A DNA stretch of 64,000 nucleotides from Eledone cirrhosa (taxonomy: Eukaryota). The stretch lies in NCBI GenBank assembly GCA_964016885.1, contig OZ024741.1, positions 169,136,001-169,200,000 on the forward strand. The letters are read 5' to 3'. The position numbers and the translations under genes were made by a program. The notes under the pieces were generated by a model. It worked only from the letters and a program-made list of their open reading frames with translations. It was not told the DNA's origin and searched no databases. Shown piece after piece: positions 13,535-28,252 of the stretch; position 1 is the stretch's first letter; every line of letters starts with the position of its first letter.

Positions 13535-16286
13535 AATTAAGAAGGCTTCAGGCTTCTAGAATTCTGCGACGCCAATGACATGTTGATATGTAACACAAAC
13601 TTCAAAAAACCGACAACCATTTGATCACCTATAGATCAGGGGAGAATTCTAGTCAGATAGATTTTATCCTCATCAGAGGACGTGACAGATGGACAATCGT
13701 AAACACAAAAGCCTTCCCTAGTGAGGAATGTACCTCCCAACATAACTTAGTTGTCAGCGACCTCACAGATTTAAAGATATTTTACTTGACGCCTATGACA
13801 GTAAAGAAGAACAGATAGAGACATTCAATGTAGAAGAGCACTGAGAGTTCCTAAAAAATAACTTACTAAAGGCGACGGATGAGATCTGTGGTAGGAGTAA
13901 GACCACAGGCAGGAGGAGAGTGACTTGGTGGTGGCACAATAAGGTAGATGAGGCAGTTAAGGTTAAGAGACAGGCATGGAAAGAATGGAAGAACAGGGGA
14001 AACAGGGTACGTTACATAGAGTCCAAGAGGAAAGTTAGGTGACAAGTATACTTAGCTAGGAGGGAAGTGGAGGATAGAAAATTCAAGCATGTCTTGCAAT
14101 ATGAGGACCAGAAACAGGTGTTCAAGACTGCGAGGCAGTGTGTCAGAGAGAATTGTGATGTCACTGGAGAGAAGTGTATCCGGATGATAAAGGTGAGCTT
14201 GCCCTCACAATTGCTGAGAAGAAAGATGCGTGGAAGAGCCATTATGAAAGATTACTAAATGAGGAGAATACATGCTAAGAAGAGACCCTACACCAAGTAG
14301 ACCCTGTAGAGGGGCCAGCAGTACAAGTCAGCAGCTGTGTAGTAAGTAAGGCAATCAAGGATATGAAGACGGGCAAGGCAACTGGTCCATCGGGTATAGC
14401 TGCCGAGATGCTGAAGGTATCTGGGTCGGTATGTCACACCATAACCACACGTATTGTTAACCAGGTAATACTAGAAGGTGTCATACCAAAGGATTGGTGC
14501 AGCAGCATCATTGTCAACTGCTACAAGGGTAAAGGTGATGCACTAGATAGAGAAAACTATAGAGGTATAAAGCTGATGGACCAGGTTATGAAAGTAACAG
14601 AAAGAGTTATAGAACAGTTGATTAGGGACCGGGTGAAACTAGATGAGATGCAATTTGGGTTTGTGCCAGGAAAAGGCACCACTGATGCCCTCTTCCTTGT
14701 GAGGTAGTTACTGGAAAAGTACTTAGCTAAAAGTAAGCCTCTCTACCTGGCATTTATTGATCTGGAGAAAGCCTTTGACAGAGTTCCCTGTGCTATAATC
14801 TGGTGGGTTCTTAGAAAACTAGGAGTAGATGAATGGCTTGTGAAAGCTGTACAAGCCATGTATAGGGGAGCAGTCAGCAAAGTTAGGATTAGCAATGACT
14901 ATAGCGAGGAATTTAGCATACAGGTCGGTGTCCACCAGGGCTCTGTTCTTAGCCCTCTCTTGTTCATCATAGTTTTGCAGGCAATAACGGAGGAGTTTAA
15001 GACCAGATGCCCATGGGAACTCCTGTATGCAGATGACCTTGCACTTATAGCTGAATATATGGTAGAACTAGAGAAGAAATTCCAAACTTGGAAGCAGGGA
15101 CTAGAAAGAAACAGTCTCAAAGTCAACCTGACAAAGACTAAGGTCCTTGTAAGTAGACGAGAAAACAGAACCCAGATCCCCTCAGGGAAATGGCCTTGCT
15201 CAGTATGTAGGAAAGGTGTAGGTAGGAACTCTATTCTCTGCCCCAAATGCAAACAATGGGTACACAAGAGATGTAGTGGGATCTCAGGAAGTTTAACTAA
15301 GAATGTAGGCTTCACATGCAGCAGCTGTGCTGGGACAGCAAGCAGCAAACAGCTACAGGAAACAAGCACCACCAAACTCTGGGAGGGCTCTGTAGAAACA
15401 GTAGACAGCTTCTGCTACCTAGGTGACCGAATTAGCAGCGGAGGTTGGTGTTCAGAAAGTACAATAACTAGGGTAAGAATGGGATGGAAGAAGTTCAGGG
15501 AGCTACTGCCACTGCTAGCTGCAAAAGGCTTTTCGCTCAAAATGAAAGGCAAACTGTATGATGCATGTATACGAACACCAATGTTACATGGTAGTGAGAC
15601 CTGGGCGCTGTCTGTAAAAGACTTGCGTAAATTAGAAAGAAACAAAGCCTGCATGCTCCGATGGATGTGTAATAGTAATATACGTGAACGGCAAAGCAGA
15701 AACGAATTGAGAGAGAGACTGAGCATAAGAGGACTCAAATGCTGTGTGCAGGAGAGGCGGTTACGTTGGTATGGACATGTGATGCGTATGAAGGATGACA
15801 GCTGCATAAAAAGGTGCAGAGCACTAGAAGTTGATGGAAACTGCGGAGTGGGGAGACCCAAGAAGACCTGGGATGGGGTGATAAAAGCTGACCTTACCCA
15901 ATTACACCTCTCAAAGGTGATGACACAGGACCGTAACCTCTGGCGTAACGCAGTAATACAGAAGACCCGACCCCACCACGGGTACAAGCCGAAGCTGAAG
16001 CATATAGAAAATATGCCCCTAGACCCTTCCACTGCAAAGTGGTCGTGGAGGTGCCATGGCAAAAAAGTACCCAGTCTACACTGTAAAGTGAACATGTAGG
16101 CGCCACGGAAAAAAAGCACCCAGCACTCACTGTAAATGAAGTTGGTGTTAGGAAGGGCATCCAGCTGTAGAAATCAAGCCAGAATCAGTTCCCTTATGAG
16201 CAAGGCATGGTCAGCCGACCTGGCATTGCCCACAACAGGACACACCATCTAACCCATGCTAGCGTGGAAGAACGGACGTAAAACAG

Positions 16287-16316
<30 letters not shown>
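13535..16316 (+). mobile_element. Degenerate RTE-clade LINE
   Basis: ORFs 13621, 14363 and 14840..16099 contain ITYRSG, NYRGIKL, GVHQGSVLSP and LLYADDL. Several stop codons. (GAT)n tail. Confidence 0.95.
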
Positions 16317-16317
<1 letters not shown>

Positions 16318-17159
16318 ATATATATATGATGGGCTTCTGCAGTTTTCCTCTAACAAAATTCACTTTTATTCAAATTTTACCTATCTATCTCCATCTCTCT
16401 CTCTCTCTCTCTCTCTGTCTTCCTCTCTCTCTATCTCTAGCTATCTATCTATCTATCTGTCTCTCTCTCTATATATATATGTGTGTGTGTGTGTGTGAGA
16501 GAAAGAGATAGGCTTCTGCAGTTTCCCTCAACCAAAATTCACTCAGGGCATTGGTCAACCCCAAGCTACAGTAGAATTGCCTAAGGTGCCACACTGCAGA
16601 GGGATTCAACCTAGAACCACATGGTTCCAAAGCAAACTTCTTAACTGTATAACCATGCCTGAGAACTTTTATTTTTTAATGTAATCAGGCAGGCACACTG
16701 ATATTTATAGGCAAAAGGAAATTAATTGTTGAATTGTTTTTCATGATTTTCTCAGTGTTATTTAAGAAGGTAATTCGAGAACAAACTGTTATCCATGCAA
16801 GGTCATATGTCCAACAGCTGTTTGTTGACAGAAACCATTTTATGGAAGTACAAACACATTCATTCCTCAGTGCAAATATAACCAATCCTTCAAAACATGG
16901 TTAACGATGCCCCAATAATATGAAGCCAATCTAATTGAAATTAAATATTTGATGTTAGCCAGCCATCATCACTGCCATAATTATGGAATTGGATCGGAAG
17001 TATGTTGCCCACAAAATTACTGTGGTTAAAGCTAGTTGCAATGGTGGAAATATGGTGGCTCTCACTGTTCCAATTAAAATAGTTATAAGCTCTGTGTTGT
17101 TTATTTTTCCACAGATTGATGTAGTCTGTCTATTAGCTGTGTTGTAATACACACACATG

Positions 17160-17568
17160 CACCACAACCAGCAAAATCATGAACACTTCGATGACCACCA
17201 GCACCATTATGACCACTGCAATCATCACCACCATGACCAAGATCACTACCAACACCATCACCACCACCACCACCACCACAATAATCACCATCAACATCAA
17301 CACCACTGCCATGACTACCACCATTACAACCATCACTATCATCATCACCATGACTATTACCAACATCACAGCCATCACCACCACTGCCACAACTACCATT
17401 ACTAACACCACCAACAATATCATCACCATCATCATCCCCACCACCAACACAACCATCACCACCCCCACTACCATCATCACCATCACTGCAACCATCATCA
17501 TCCTCACCACCACTACCATTATCACCATCACCACAATCATCATCTTCTTCACCACCACCACCACAAGA
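17160..17568. repeat. (ACC/ATC)n low-complexity tract
   Basis: Seen directly. Confidence 0.9.
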
Positions 17569-17756
17569 TAATAATTATTTCTTCAGCATCTAACATTAGC
17601 ACAAGGCTAGGATTGTGATGAAGGAATGAGGGCTAACATAATTGATTAAATCATTTCCAGTACTTGACTAGTACTAATTATCATGAATGTAAATTGACTG
17701 AACAAAATACCACCAGTCATTTGAATGAACATTCTACCAATTTTGATATAAATAAT

Positions 17757-17940
17757 AATTGTTTCTACTTTAGGCACAAGGCCAGCAATTACCCAGTGCA
17801 TTACTAGTACTTTATTTTATCGACCCCGTAAGGATGAAAGGCAAAGTCAACCTCGGCGGGATTTGAACTCAGATCATAAAGGGACGTAACTATGCTGGAA
17901 AGCATGGCGTCCGACCCTCTACCGATACTGCCAATCCACC
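17757..17940 (-). mobile_element. Meta-type tRNA SINE with a probable long TSD
   Basis: Same family as 11267. ttgatataaataataat flanks it at 17743 and 17941. Confidence 0.8.
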
Positions 17941-19599
17941 TTGATATAAATAATAATGGTTTCTTATTTAGCCACAAAATCAGCAATTTGGTGAGGGGGA
18001 GGGATGTTGATTATATCAACCCAGTATTTTACTGGTACTTTTACTTTGTTTCTAATGTTTTTTCCAATCCATCACCCTCTCTGCTAGGAAATGGACAACA
18101 AAAGTTACATCTCATTCCTTTGCAAGCTGACCTCCTAAGAGGCTGCATCTCATAGGAGGTTTCTAGGTGGCCCAATCCAATTATGTAAAGCAACACAATG
18201 CACCACCTGGTCTTGGAATGAAAACCACTACCTTACAGTTTTAAGTCTAAACATTCTAAACACTAAACATTCTGCTATAAATGATAATGGAAAACAAAAA
18301 CCAAAATAAAATGTAAAATCTCATGAAAATGATGAAATTTAGCTAGTTTTTATGTTGTCAAATAAAATGAAATTATGACTATATTTCTTTGTAAGGAAAG
18401 TGGCAGTTGAATAAAAAAAATTAAGTCATAGAATTGTGGTAGAAATAAAATAGAAAGGTTTGACTTGAAACCCTTCTTAAGGACGTTATGGCAATTGCTT
18501 ATGAAAGTTGGTCTATTCATCGACATGGTGAGGAAAAAAATGAATATTTTAAAAAATAATCAAAATTTCATAGATAAAAATAGTTGAGAAAATTAAGATT
18601 TTTAAAAAAATGTTTTTAAATAAATCAAAAATCATTTGAGAAATAAATTGTAAAGAAAATAAAAACGTTTTAAAAGTATAAAATATAAAATGTAATAAAA
18701 ATGAAAAATTATTTTTTTTTTTTTAATGATAAATATAAAGTAGCTAAAAAAAAGGGAAATATAAAATAAGTTAATATCAGAATGCATAAACTGCATAAAG
18801 ATTTTTGGATAATAAAATATCAACCTAAAAAACTAATATATCATACTTGTAAGGAAAAGAATAAATAAAAGTTAGATGGGAGGACGGAAGGAAATGAAAT
18901 TCTTCTATTCCATTTCTCAAATTTATAAGAATACGAATTAAGGAATGAAATAATGGCCAAATGCTAATATAATGTTATTTGAGGATAAAGTATTTTAAGT
19001 ATGTCACTAATGAATAAGGATAAATGATCTTTCTTCATTGATCTGTGAAATATAATGTGATTAAATAATAAAACTAAACTACAGTATAATAGCTGAGATC
19101 CAAATCACATTCCTCCCCTTGTAATCCCAGGTTTCCTCAATTCTTCCCACGTTTTGAATTGTTAGCTAGTAATATTCCCCCAAGCACCATATTAACATGA
19201 GCAAGCTTTTCAAACTTCAATAATTGTATAAGTTTCTTTTAGCTCTTAACATCCTATAATGATTCAGCAGAATATATTTAAAAACAGGTTTGTTTGTTCA
19301 AATGTTTATAGTATCTGGTGGGCAGATTGATGTAAAAATTTATAGTATTGAAATAAAGACTTCAATTTTTAATGTAATGCAGTCATGGGGCTGTTTTGTA
19401 CTTTTCAAGAATATCTTGATTGTGCCTTGGAGAAGCAAACCCATAAGTTATTCATGAGTGAATAATCAATGCCAAGTCATGACTGAAAAGTGCTCTTTCT
19501 TTCCTTGCTGTGCTGCGTGTTTCTATGTTTTCAATTCACAGTAAAGTCAACCTCACCAAGCTTTCATCCTTCTGCATGGAAAGATAATGAAAGAAGTTC

Positions 19600-19730
19600 C
19601 ATTTAACTCTTAATCCCATTTCTGCTGCTTGTATTTGTGATCATATTCTTTCAGTCATTACACGAAACTCATGATGAATACCGAATTGAAAATAGAAAGT
19701 TTGGCTTTTACATCTACCTCCCTCTAAAAT
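19600..19730 (-). mobile_element. Old RTE C-terminal fragment
   Basis: REVDVKAKLSIFNS..MTERI*SQIQAAEMG. Confidence 0.55.
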
Positions 19731-20278
19731 TGGATTTTGTAAGATTCAGAAGAAAGAGTGTGAGAAAGATAGAAAAGTAGTGTTGGCACTTTGTTTGTGG
19801 GCAAGTAATTTTCTGAGAGAATTGGAGTAATGTAGTATATTATAGAAAGGTGGTGTCAATCCTCATAGTTTCTATCTCTCATGTACTCATTACAAAGTAT
19901 TGGTCAACTCGTGGTAGGAGACATTTACCATTGGTACTATTCAGGATTGCACCTGAAAGCAATGTGGCTGCAAAGGGAAATTCTTGACCCTTTTGATACC
20001 AATGCAGATACAACCAGCCCTGGTTCTATAAAACAAAACCACCCATTTTAAAGGGTTCCTATTTCAATTAAATCTTCCAATATAATTTTATATAAGAATC
20101 GTAAGTTAAGTTAATGAAATAATAAATAATTTTAATAAATCCTTCTTTTTTCTTTCTTTAAATGTCTTCACTCTGTTTTATAAGTTATTTTATAGTATCT
20201 CTATTCATAAGCACTCCATTCTTTATATTAAACTTATTAATTAATTGAAATAGAGTGAAAAAGAATGAAAAAGAACGA

Positions 20279-20622
20279 AGGCACATGTTTTAGTGGTTTG
20301 AGCATTGGCCTTGCAATCGAAAGGTTGTGAGTTCAATTCTCAGACCGGGTGATGTGTTGTTTCCTTGAGCAAGACACTTTATTTCACATTGCTCCAGTTT
20401 ACTCAGCTGTAGAAATGAGATGATAGGGACTGGGGTCCCTATCATTCCACTGCAAAGTGGTCGTGGAGGTGCCACAGCAAAAAAGCACCCATCAACTCAC
20501 TGTAAATGAGGTTGGTGTTAGGAAGGGCATCCAGCTGTAGAAATCAAGCCAGAATCAGTTCCCGTCCCACCCCTGCAAGCAGGGAAAAGCAGATGTAAAA
20601 TGATGATGATGATGATGATGAT
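20279..20622 (+). mobile_element. tRNA/CORE SINE with an RTE-derived tail
   Basis: tRNA head, CORE-like ccttgagcaagacactttatttcac, RTE 3'UTR module and (GAT)n. Confidence 0.9.
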
Positions 20623-20950
20623 GAGAGTGTATTTCATTAGATATATGGTTACAAACGATTAAACATACAGCTATGCCTCCAGCTATTACATCTGGTTTGA
20701 AACACAGATATCTTTTGTTCAAGGCATGGCTGTGTAATTCACTTCACACACACATGATGCTGGCTTCAGTCCCAGTGTGTGGCACCTTGAGTGTCTTTTA
20801 CTCTAGCTTCTAGTTCACCAATGTCTTGTGAGGGAAATTTGTGTGTGTGTGCAGTTTTTGTTTATCAAATTTCACTCACAAGACATTGGTAAACTAGAAG
20901 CTATAGTAAAAGACACTCAAGGTACCACACACTGGGACAGAAGCCAGCAC

Positions 20951-20994
<44 letters not shown>

Positions 20995-21714
20995 TGTCTA
21001 CGTTCACATTTGTGTTTAAATCTGTTTTTATGTCCTGTAACTTAGCTAGAAAAATAAATCAATAAAATAAGTACTGAAGTTGATATGATCGACTAAATCA
21101 AGGCAGTGGCCCAGCATGGCTGCAGTCTAATGAGTGAAACCAGTAAAAGAGTAAATGAGTAAAAGAATCATTATTATAAGTAAAGGTGTGGGATTGTATC
21201 TATTAAATGGCAGCCTAACATGGATTTTCATAAACTTTGTTCTATAACAACAGACATAACATTAATATTCAATAACATGGTAACATTATATTATTTAATG
21301 CAACTATTTCACACTGTGTGATACTTTTTTGGCATAATATACATATAAATATATATACTTACATAGTACCTGTCAAGAATGATGGGGTTTATAGTAAAAA
21401 GTTTTTTATTTCATAAACCCTTGATTACAATATTCAATATAAAGAAGACTTAATCATCAAATTTTCTCTTGTCATTTTACATTCATCTAAGTCAATTACA
21501 ATGTTTCATATTTTCTCTAATCATTATCAAATATATATCCCTTAAATTATGATGACTTTTTTCTACCTATCTATTTATCAATCTATCTTTGTCTTGCTAT
21601 TGGACTAGTGCTTTGTTGTTGTTGTTATGGTTCTTGTTCAAAGATAAATACATTGGTAAATATACAGAGATAGCTATACATAGTTAGACAAACTCTCTCC
21701 AAATATCAATCACT

Positions 21715-21900
21715 CTCCGACAGGTTTACAGCTGAGCCTGTAGCAGTGGAGACTTCTGCTCTTGGCCTTAGGGCCACCTCCTTACTCACCACTATCGGCA
21801 CAGAGTTTCCTGGGAAACGCCTTCTCTATTTTGTCCACTGGGGCTGTGGGATGGCCAGTCTGCCAGGGCCACAGGGCTGCCAGCACGTGGGTCCACATTT
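21715..21900 (+). mobile_element. Possible CRE-clade non-LTR restriction-like endonuclease remnant
   Basis: DRFTAEPVAVETSALGLRATSLLTTIG resembles F.P.AVET.G.LG..A..L..IG. Confidence 0.4.
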
Positions 21901-22219
21901 GCTCATAATAGTGAGAGATGGGGGAGAGCGGGAGAGACAGAGGCAGTGACAGTGGGAGTTAGGTTACTTTGAGTTTAGAGCTGGTGTTAAGACCTGGTGA
22001 TATGTTTCACAGAAACACACTCACCCTGAGGCAATTCTACACTCTTGTTTTCTAACAAATGGATTTATTGCAACAAAATATCTGGACCAATAGCAGCCTT
22101 TTCAAATTGAATTCCAAAAATTTACGTTAGACAGACAAGTAAACAGGTAGCAGACTGATAGACAGGTAAGTAGATAGTTAGAGCGGGAGGTAGATAGATA
22201 GTTAGATGTTTGTATGTAT

Positions 22220-22545
22220 AAGGTAAAGACACTCTTCTGTCACGAATGACCATTGGATTTGCACCTAGAAAATTCCCCTCCGCGGCACAAGTCCTGGCAA
22301 GGTTGTTTGTAGAAGATCAGCAGTCACCCATGCACACCAGTCTTCCATCTCAATGTCACCGATGTTGTCCAAGGGAAAGGCAACTTGGTGCCAGTGATGT
22401 CACAACTCATTTCTACAGCTGAATGAACTGCAGCAATGTGAAATAAAGTGTCTTGCTCAAGAACACAATGTAAAGCCCGGTCTGAGAATCGACCTGACAA
22501 CCTCACGATTGTAAGTCCGACGCTCTAACCACTAAGCCATGCTCC
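22220..22545 (-). mobile_element. tRNA/CORE SINE, second tail type
   Basis: gcatggcttagtggttagagcgtcgg head plus CORE. A related partial copy lies at about 11600-11775. Confidence 0.85.
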
Positions 22546-23115
22546 TTGTGTGTATAAATATATATGTATGTGGTGTCTGCTCTGTGTCTCTTTCTCTTTC
22601 CTTTCTTCTAATGGTTAGAATCTAGCTCTTCTCCTCCTCTATATGCTCCGATAACACCCTTAATCTTTTCAAGTTTCTGAAAATGCAAACACATTCTATC
22701 TGCCCTAAATATATATAGTATGACTGGTAGTTCTTGTGGTAGTTGGTCACCACATACAGTATCCTAGAAGGAAATCCGTTACAGAGTCCTGTACATATAT
22801 GTGTTTGAACAATAAAAACAGAAGTCAGGTGTAGGTAGAGAGTTAGTTCATGTACATAATGTGTATTGAATAATATATGGGGATGTTTATGAAAAATATT
22901 GAAGGCCTTTCACTTCGAATTTTTAAGATTGTGACCATCGTCACACCCTTAGCTTCATCAAAAACAGGGAGAAGTTATCAACAATGCCATCGATTCTCAA
23001 ATACATGTTTCCTTGTGGTCAATTGGATGATATACACACCTTCTGATGACCAATTAAGTCCTGAAAACGATTAAAGGTGTTTATCATTTTTTTTTTTTTC
23101 ATTTCTTAATATATA

Positions 23116-23510
23116 TATATTGTTATACTTGGGGAGGGTCATATTGTTGCAATAATATAGCCAGAAATAATAACAGAACACACTCACTGTTTGGTTGGTT
23201 TTCGCTTCTGTTTCTTTTATATCTCCATAGTTAATTTATTTGGCAATCAATGTTTATCATTGACTGATAATAGTACCACTGATGATGTTGCAGATGTGCA
23301 ACGAAAGAACTTTGTTAGACTATATATATAGATATTTATATCTGTATTTTTAACCATTGGTCAGTCAATGATAAACATTGATTGCCAAATAAATTAACTA
23401 TGGAGATATAAAAGATACAGAAGCTAAAACCAACCAAACAGTGAGTGTGTTCTGTTATTATTTCTGGCAATATTATTACAACAATATGACCCTCCCCAAG
23501 TATAACAATA
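23116..23510. repeat. About 150-bp inverted repeat with a hammerhead in the spacer (PLE-like)
   Basis: 23116-23267 is inverted at 23361-23510. HHR-like motif at 23275-23316. Confidence 0.85.
23275..23316 (+). ncRNA. Degenerate type-I hammerhead
   Basis: acca CTGATGA t gttgca gatg tgcaac GAAA gaac TT tgtt. Confidence 0.5.
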
Positions 23511-23563
23511 TTTGTTTCGACACACGATTTCATATAAAAAACCTTGCAAAACAAATATATATA

Positions 23564-24732
23564 TCATCATCATCATCATCATCAGCGTTTAACGTCCGTG
23601 TTCCACGCTTGCATGGGTTTGGACGGGGGTAGTCCCACTTGAGGCAAGAGTGATTGTCTTGCTCGCATAGGACTGTCTGGCAGGTTTTCTACAGTTGGAT
23701 GCCCTTCCTAACACCAACCACATTTACAGTGTGGGTCTGGGAGGTTTTTACCGTGTTGCCTACACGGCCACATTACAGCGTGGACTGTGTGTTTTTTTGT
23801 CGTGACACCTACACGATCTCATTTGTTTCGGCCTCGATGGCGCGGCACCAACATAACTTTACATAGAACGGGGTGGTGTGGATCGGGTGGGGGTGGTGGG
23901 ACGGGGTGTATTTGTTAGAGATGCCTACTGGCTGGAGTAGGTTTTACTATATATTTAGGTAAGGCGGGTCTTCTCTGTTACTGAGTACCGCCAAAGGTCT
24001 CGGTCCAGTGACATTGTCTTGGAGAGGTGTAAGTGTGTGATGTCGGAGTTTATCAGCTCGTCCCAGGTTTTTCTAGGTCTGCCTATTCCGTGACTACCGT
24101 CTATCTTTATTGCCCTGCACTTTGTTATACAGCTATCGACTTTCATGCGCATCACGTGTCCATACCAACGTAGCCTTCTCTCGAGTAAACAACATCTGAT
24201 TCCTCTTATCTCTAATTTATTCCTTAGTTCGTTTATGCTTTGCCGTTCACGTATATTACTGTTACACATCCAGCGGAGCATGCAAGCTTCGTTCCTCTCT
24301 AGTCTGCGTATATCCTCTGCACACAATGCCCAGGTCTCACTGCCATGCAGCATTGCTGTTCGTATGCAGGCATCGTACAACCTGCCTTTCATTTTTAGTG
24401 AGAACCCTTTAGCAGCTAATAGTGGTATAAGCTCTCTGAACTTTTTCCAACCAGTTCTGACTCTAGCTACAGTACTTTCAGAGCACCCTCCCCCACTGCT
24501 GATTTTATCGCCCAGGTAACGGAAGCTGTCCACTATTTCTATAGAACCCTCTGCGCAATTGAAAGAGCTAGTAGTTTGTGGGCACTTGCTGCTACTTATT
24601 GCACCAGAGCACCGGCCACATGTAAAATCTATGTTCTTAGTTAGCCTACCTGTGATCCCACTACATCTTTTATGCACCCATACTTTGCATTTAGGACATA
24701 AAATGGAGTTTCTACCTACGCCTTTCCTACAC
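23564..24732 (-). mobile_element. 5'-truncated RTE LINE
   Basis: ORF 23955..24734 is a close relative of the 1420-4375 element. Confidence 0.93.
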
Positions 24733-24765
24733 ACATATATATATATATATACCTACGCCTTTCCT

Positions 24766-24802
<37 letters not shown>

Positions 24803-24806
<4 letters not shown>

Positions 24807-24963
24807 AGGGTGTGGTAAGATACCAGGTGGACCATAAGCCACCAGAGTACTTGATACTTGGGGTAGTAGAGTGGGTAATATGAAAAGATTCAGGACCCCG
24901 ACAGCTGAAATTTGAATCTAGCTGACAAAACGGCCGGAGCTCAGCCGTCGGAGTCCTGCATCT

Positions 24964-24970
<7 letters not shown>
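24803..24970. repeat. Short PLE-like repeat with a terminal fold-back
   Basis: Similar to 53715-53908. Arms at about 24879-24908 and 24941-24970. Confidence 0.6.
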
Positions 24971-25006
<36 letters not shown>

Positions 25007-25890
25007 CTGAAACCGATTTGCACTTACATTTTAATGGTGTCATTTCTTCTCATGTTCATTATTTACTGTATAAAGAGTTAAAGAGGAGAGGTAATGCAGT
25101 AAATTCAGTAAGATTGTGCTGTAATACATAATACATAAGGGTTGTAATACAATATTTATAGGCACAATTAAACACACCATTGGTTGCAGAAAGTATTAAC
25201 TGGAAAGTAATTATGACAAGACAAGAAAAAAGAGGTAAAACGAGAAGAATGAAAGTATGATGTAAAGGAGAGAGAAGGGAGATGGAAAGATGGGGGGATG
25301 ACTGGATACATAGATAAGATAGGTGGACAAACAGATAGACTGAAAAACTAACAGATAGATACATAGTGGAAGAGAGGGCATACAAAGGAATGGAGGAGGG
25401 ATAAGATAGAAAAGAGGGAGATAAGATAGAAAAGAGAGTGAGAGCAGAAGAGAAACAAAACATATTGGCTAGTGTCTTCACAATAAACATAAGACAGAAA
25501 TTGTATTGGTTAGTGTATTTACTATAAACACAAGGCAAATTATTTTGACAAGTGCTGGTTAGTGTCTTTACCATAAACACAAATCAACCAAATACTTGTG
25601 AAACTGCGTCAAAAATCGATTTGAGGGATTCTACCCATATTTCGAAGGACCAGCCTTGTCACATATTGTGTTATGTTGATTTAATTTGGGAGTTACACTA
25701 AGAGGACTCGTATCTGTAGAATAACCAGCCCCTTACATGTTAATTCACAAACTGGACGTTCATTCAATCAAACAACTGAATGCTCATCATTGAAACAAAT
25801 TATAGTTGTTTCTGATTAGAGACACAAGGCCAGCAATTTTTGGAGAGGGGAAAGTCGATTAAATTGACCACAGTGCATTACTAGTACTGA

Positions 25891-26238
25891 TGGAGGCACA
25901 TGGCTTAGTGGTTAGAGCATTGGCCTTGCAATCAAAAGATTGTGAGTTCAATTCTCAGACCGGGTGATGTGTTGTTTCCTTGAGCAAGACACTTTATTTC
26001 ACATTGCTCCAGTTTACTCAGCTGTAGAAATGAGATGATAGGGACTGGGGTCCCTATCATTCCACTGCAAAGTGGTCGTGTAGGAGCCACGGCAAAAAAA
26101 ACACCCAGCACTCACTGTAAATGAGATTGGTGTTAGGAAGGGCATCCAGCTGTAGAAATCGAGCCAGAATCAGTTCCCGTCCCACCCTTGCAAGCAGGGA
26201 AAAGCGGACGTAAAATGAAATGAATGAAATGAAAAATG
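25891..26238 (+). mobile_element. tRNA/CORE SINE with an RTE tail
   Basis: Same family as 20279. Confidence 0.9.
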
Positions 26239-27089
26239 AACTACATATTTTTTTCAAATTTGGTACTTATTTGATCGATCACTTTTTGTCGAACTTTTAT
26301 GTTAAGGGACACAAATACAACTCAGAGACAATTGAAAACATAAGACATGAACGTCGACTCCAGTGCATTACTGGTGTTTTATTTTATCAACCCCGTAAGG
26401 ATGAAAGGCAAAGCTAACCTCAGCAGGAACACAGTATCATCAGAGCTGTAAGATTGAAAACTAAGCTAAAATGGACAACACAATATTGAATCGATTCTGC
26501 CTCAGTGGGAAAGAGTTTAGATGACATTTGCTTGTGTTAGATGATTGGTTAACATCCATTAGCTTGGCTGGTTTTGCTTGGGGTTCCAGCCAGATCAGTT
26601 GGAGATTATTGCTTCTGACAGGACTCGCTGCTGGAAGGAGTGCTTTAGGACTCTGCTCCTACAACTGTCTCAGAAATATGTGGGTGAATAAGAAAAAGAA
26701 GTGGTAGTGTTGCTTCTGCTGCTGTTGCTGTTGTTGTTTTTGTTGTTTGTGGTGATGGTGGTTTATCATTGTGTTGTTGTTGATGATGGTGGTATGGGTG
26801 TAGCTGTTCTTGTTGTTGTTGGTGGTCGTGGTGGTGGTCGTGGTGGTGGTCGTGGTGGTGGTAGTAGTGTTGGGATCTTCTGCCAAATTGTAAGAATATA
26901 CAAAAGCAATTCTAAGTAGAAGGATAAAAGAATGTATGTGTAAGATTCTCTCTGTCTCTCTTTTCCTCTATCTCTCTCTCCTCTTTCTCTTTGTTCTTCT
27001 TTTGAACCATCTAGCTATCTCTTCTTTCACACACACATATATACATATACACATATAGACACACCATAAACACATATACATGCAAATCC

Positions 27090-27231
27090 ACTCACATACA
27101 TACATACATACATACATATACATACACATACATACATACACACACACACATACATACATACATACATACATACACACATACATACATACACACACATACA
27201 TACATACACACACACATACATACATACACAC

Positions 27232-27262
<31 letters not shown>

Positions 27263-27347
27263 TACACACACATACATACATACATACATACATACATACA
27301 CACATACATACATACATACATACACACATACATACATACATACACAC

Positions 27348-27384
<37 letters not shown>

Positions 27385-27497
27385 TACATACACACACACA
27401 CACACACATACATACATACATACACACACACATACATACACACACACATACACACACACACACATACATACACACACACACACACATACATACATAC
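27090..27497. repeat. (CATA)n/(CA)n microsatellite
   Basis: Seen directly. Confidence 0.95.
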
Positions 27498-28100
27498 ATG
27501 GTGGCTGCCAACTCGTTTTCGAGTACGGCCACTACTTTATATCCATGTAGGAGAACCCCTACCGATGCGCTGAACGAGTGTGACTTTTTAGTCCAGTCAA
27601 TGACTTGAAAACTCTGGTACAAACACTACACTTGTGACAATTATTGACACATAGTGCTGGGCCCATGGTATCATGTGACGGCAAGTGCAGAGAGATCTCC
27701 AGATATAAAGCAATGCCTGTGCCGTGAAGCTTTTATAGTGAGCTAAGGCACTGCACAAAGCCAGTCCCACTCTCTTAACCAAGATGATATTTACCAAAAA
27801 GAAGAACAAGTCAACATCATTGGATACCATCAGGGTTGCAGGTGTTATATCAGAGTTTTCCTTCTCCTAGAATTCTGCCTTGACAAAGGCTAAGGGGTCA
27901 TCTCTCCCGGTGATTTTGGATGGCCATTGACTCTTAAGAGCTCCTTTGCCCTTTGACAGGTTTTGTTTTTAGTCCTGCAGGATGTCCAAAGTCACCCTCC
28001 TCACCAAGAAACCTTGGTGGGGTTGCCAGTTTAGTCGCCAACGACCCGACCATGAGACAGGTTGTACTGGGATACATGTTACCAGTAGCACCAAGTGCTA
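27498..28100 (-). mobile_element. About 600-bp non-coding retroelement embedded in (CATA)n, copy 1
   Basis: Near-identical to 28253-28838 and 62195-62812. Contains the RTE 5'UTR-like motif ctaggagaaggaaaactctga on the minus strand. Confidence 0.75.
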
Positions 28101-28127
28101 CATACATACATACATACATACATACAT

Positions 28128-28232
<105 letters not shown>

Positions 28233-28252
28233 CATACATACATACATACATA

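Noticed and set aside
15415-16119. 234-aa ORF and similar antisense ORFs over LINEs
   Set aside because: They are shadow ORFs opposite RTE/L1 coding sequence.
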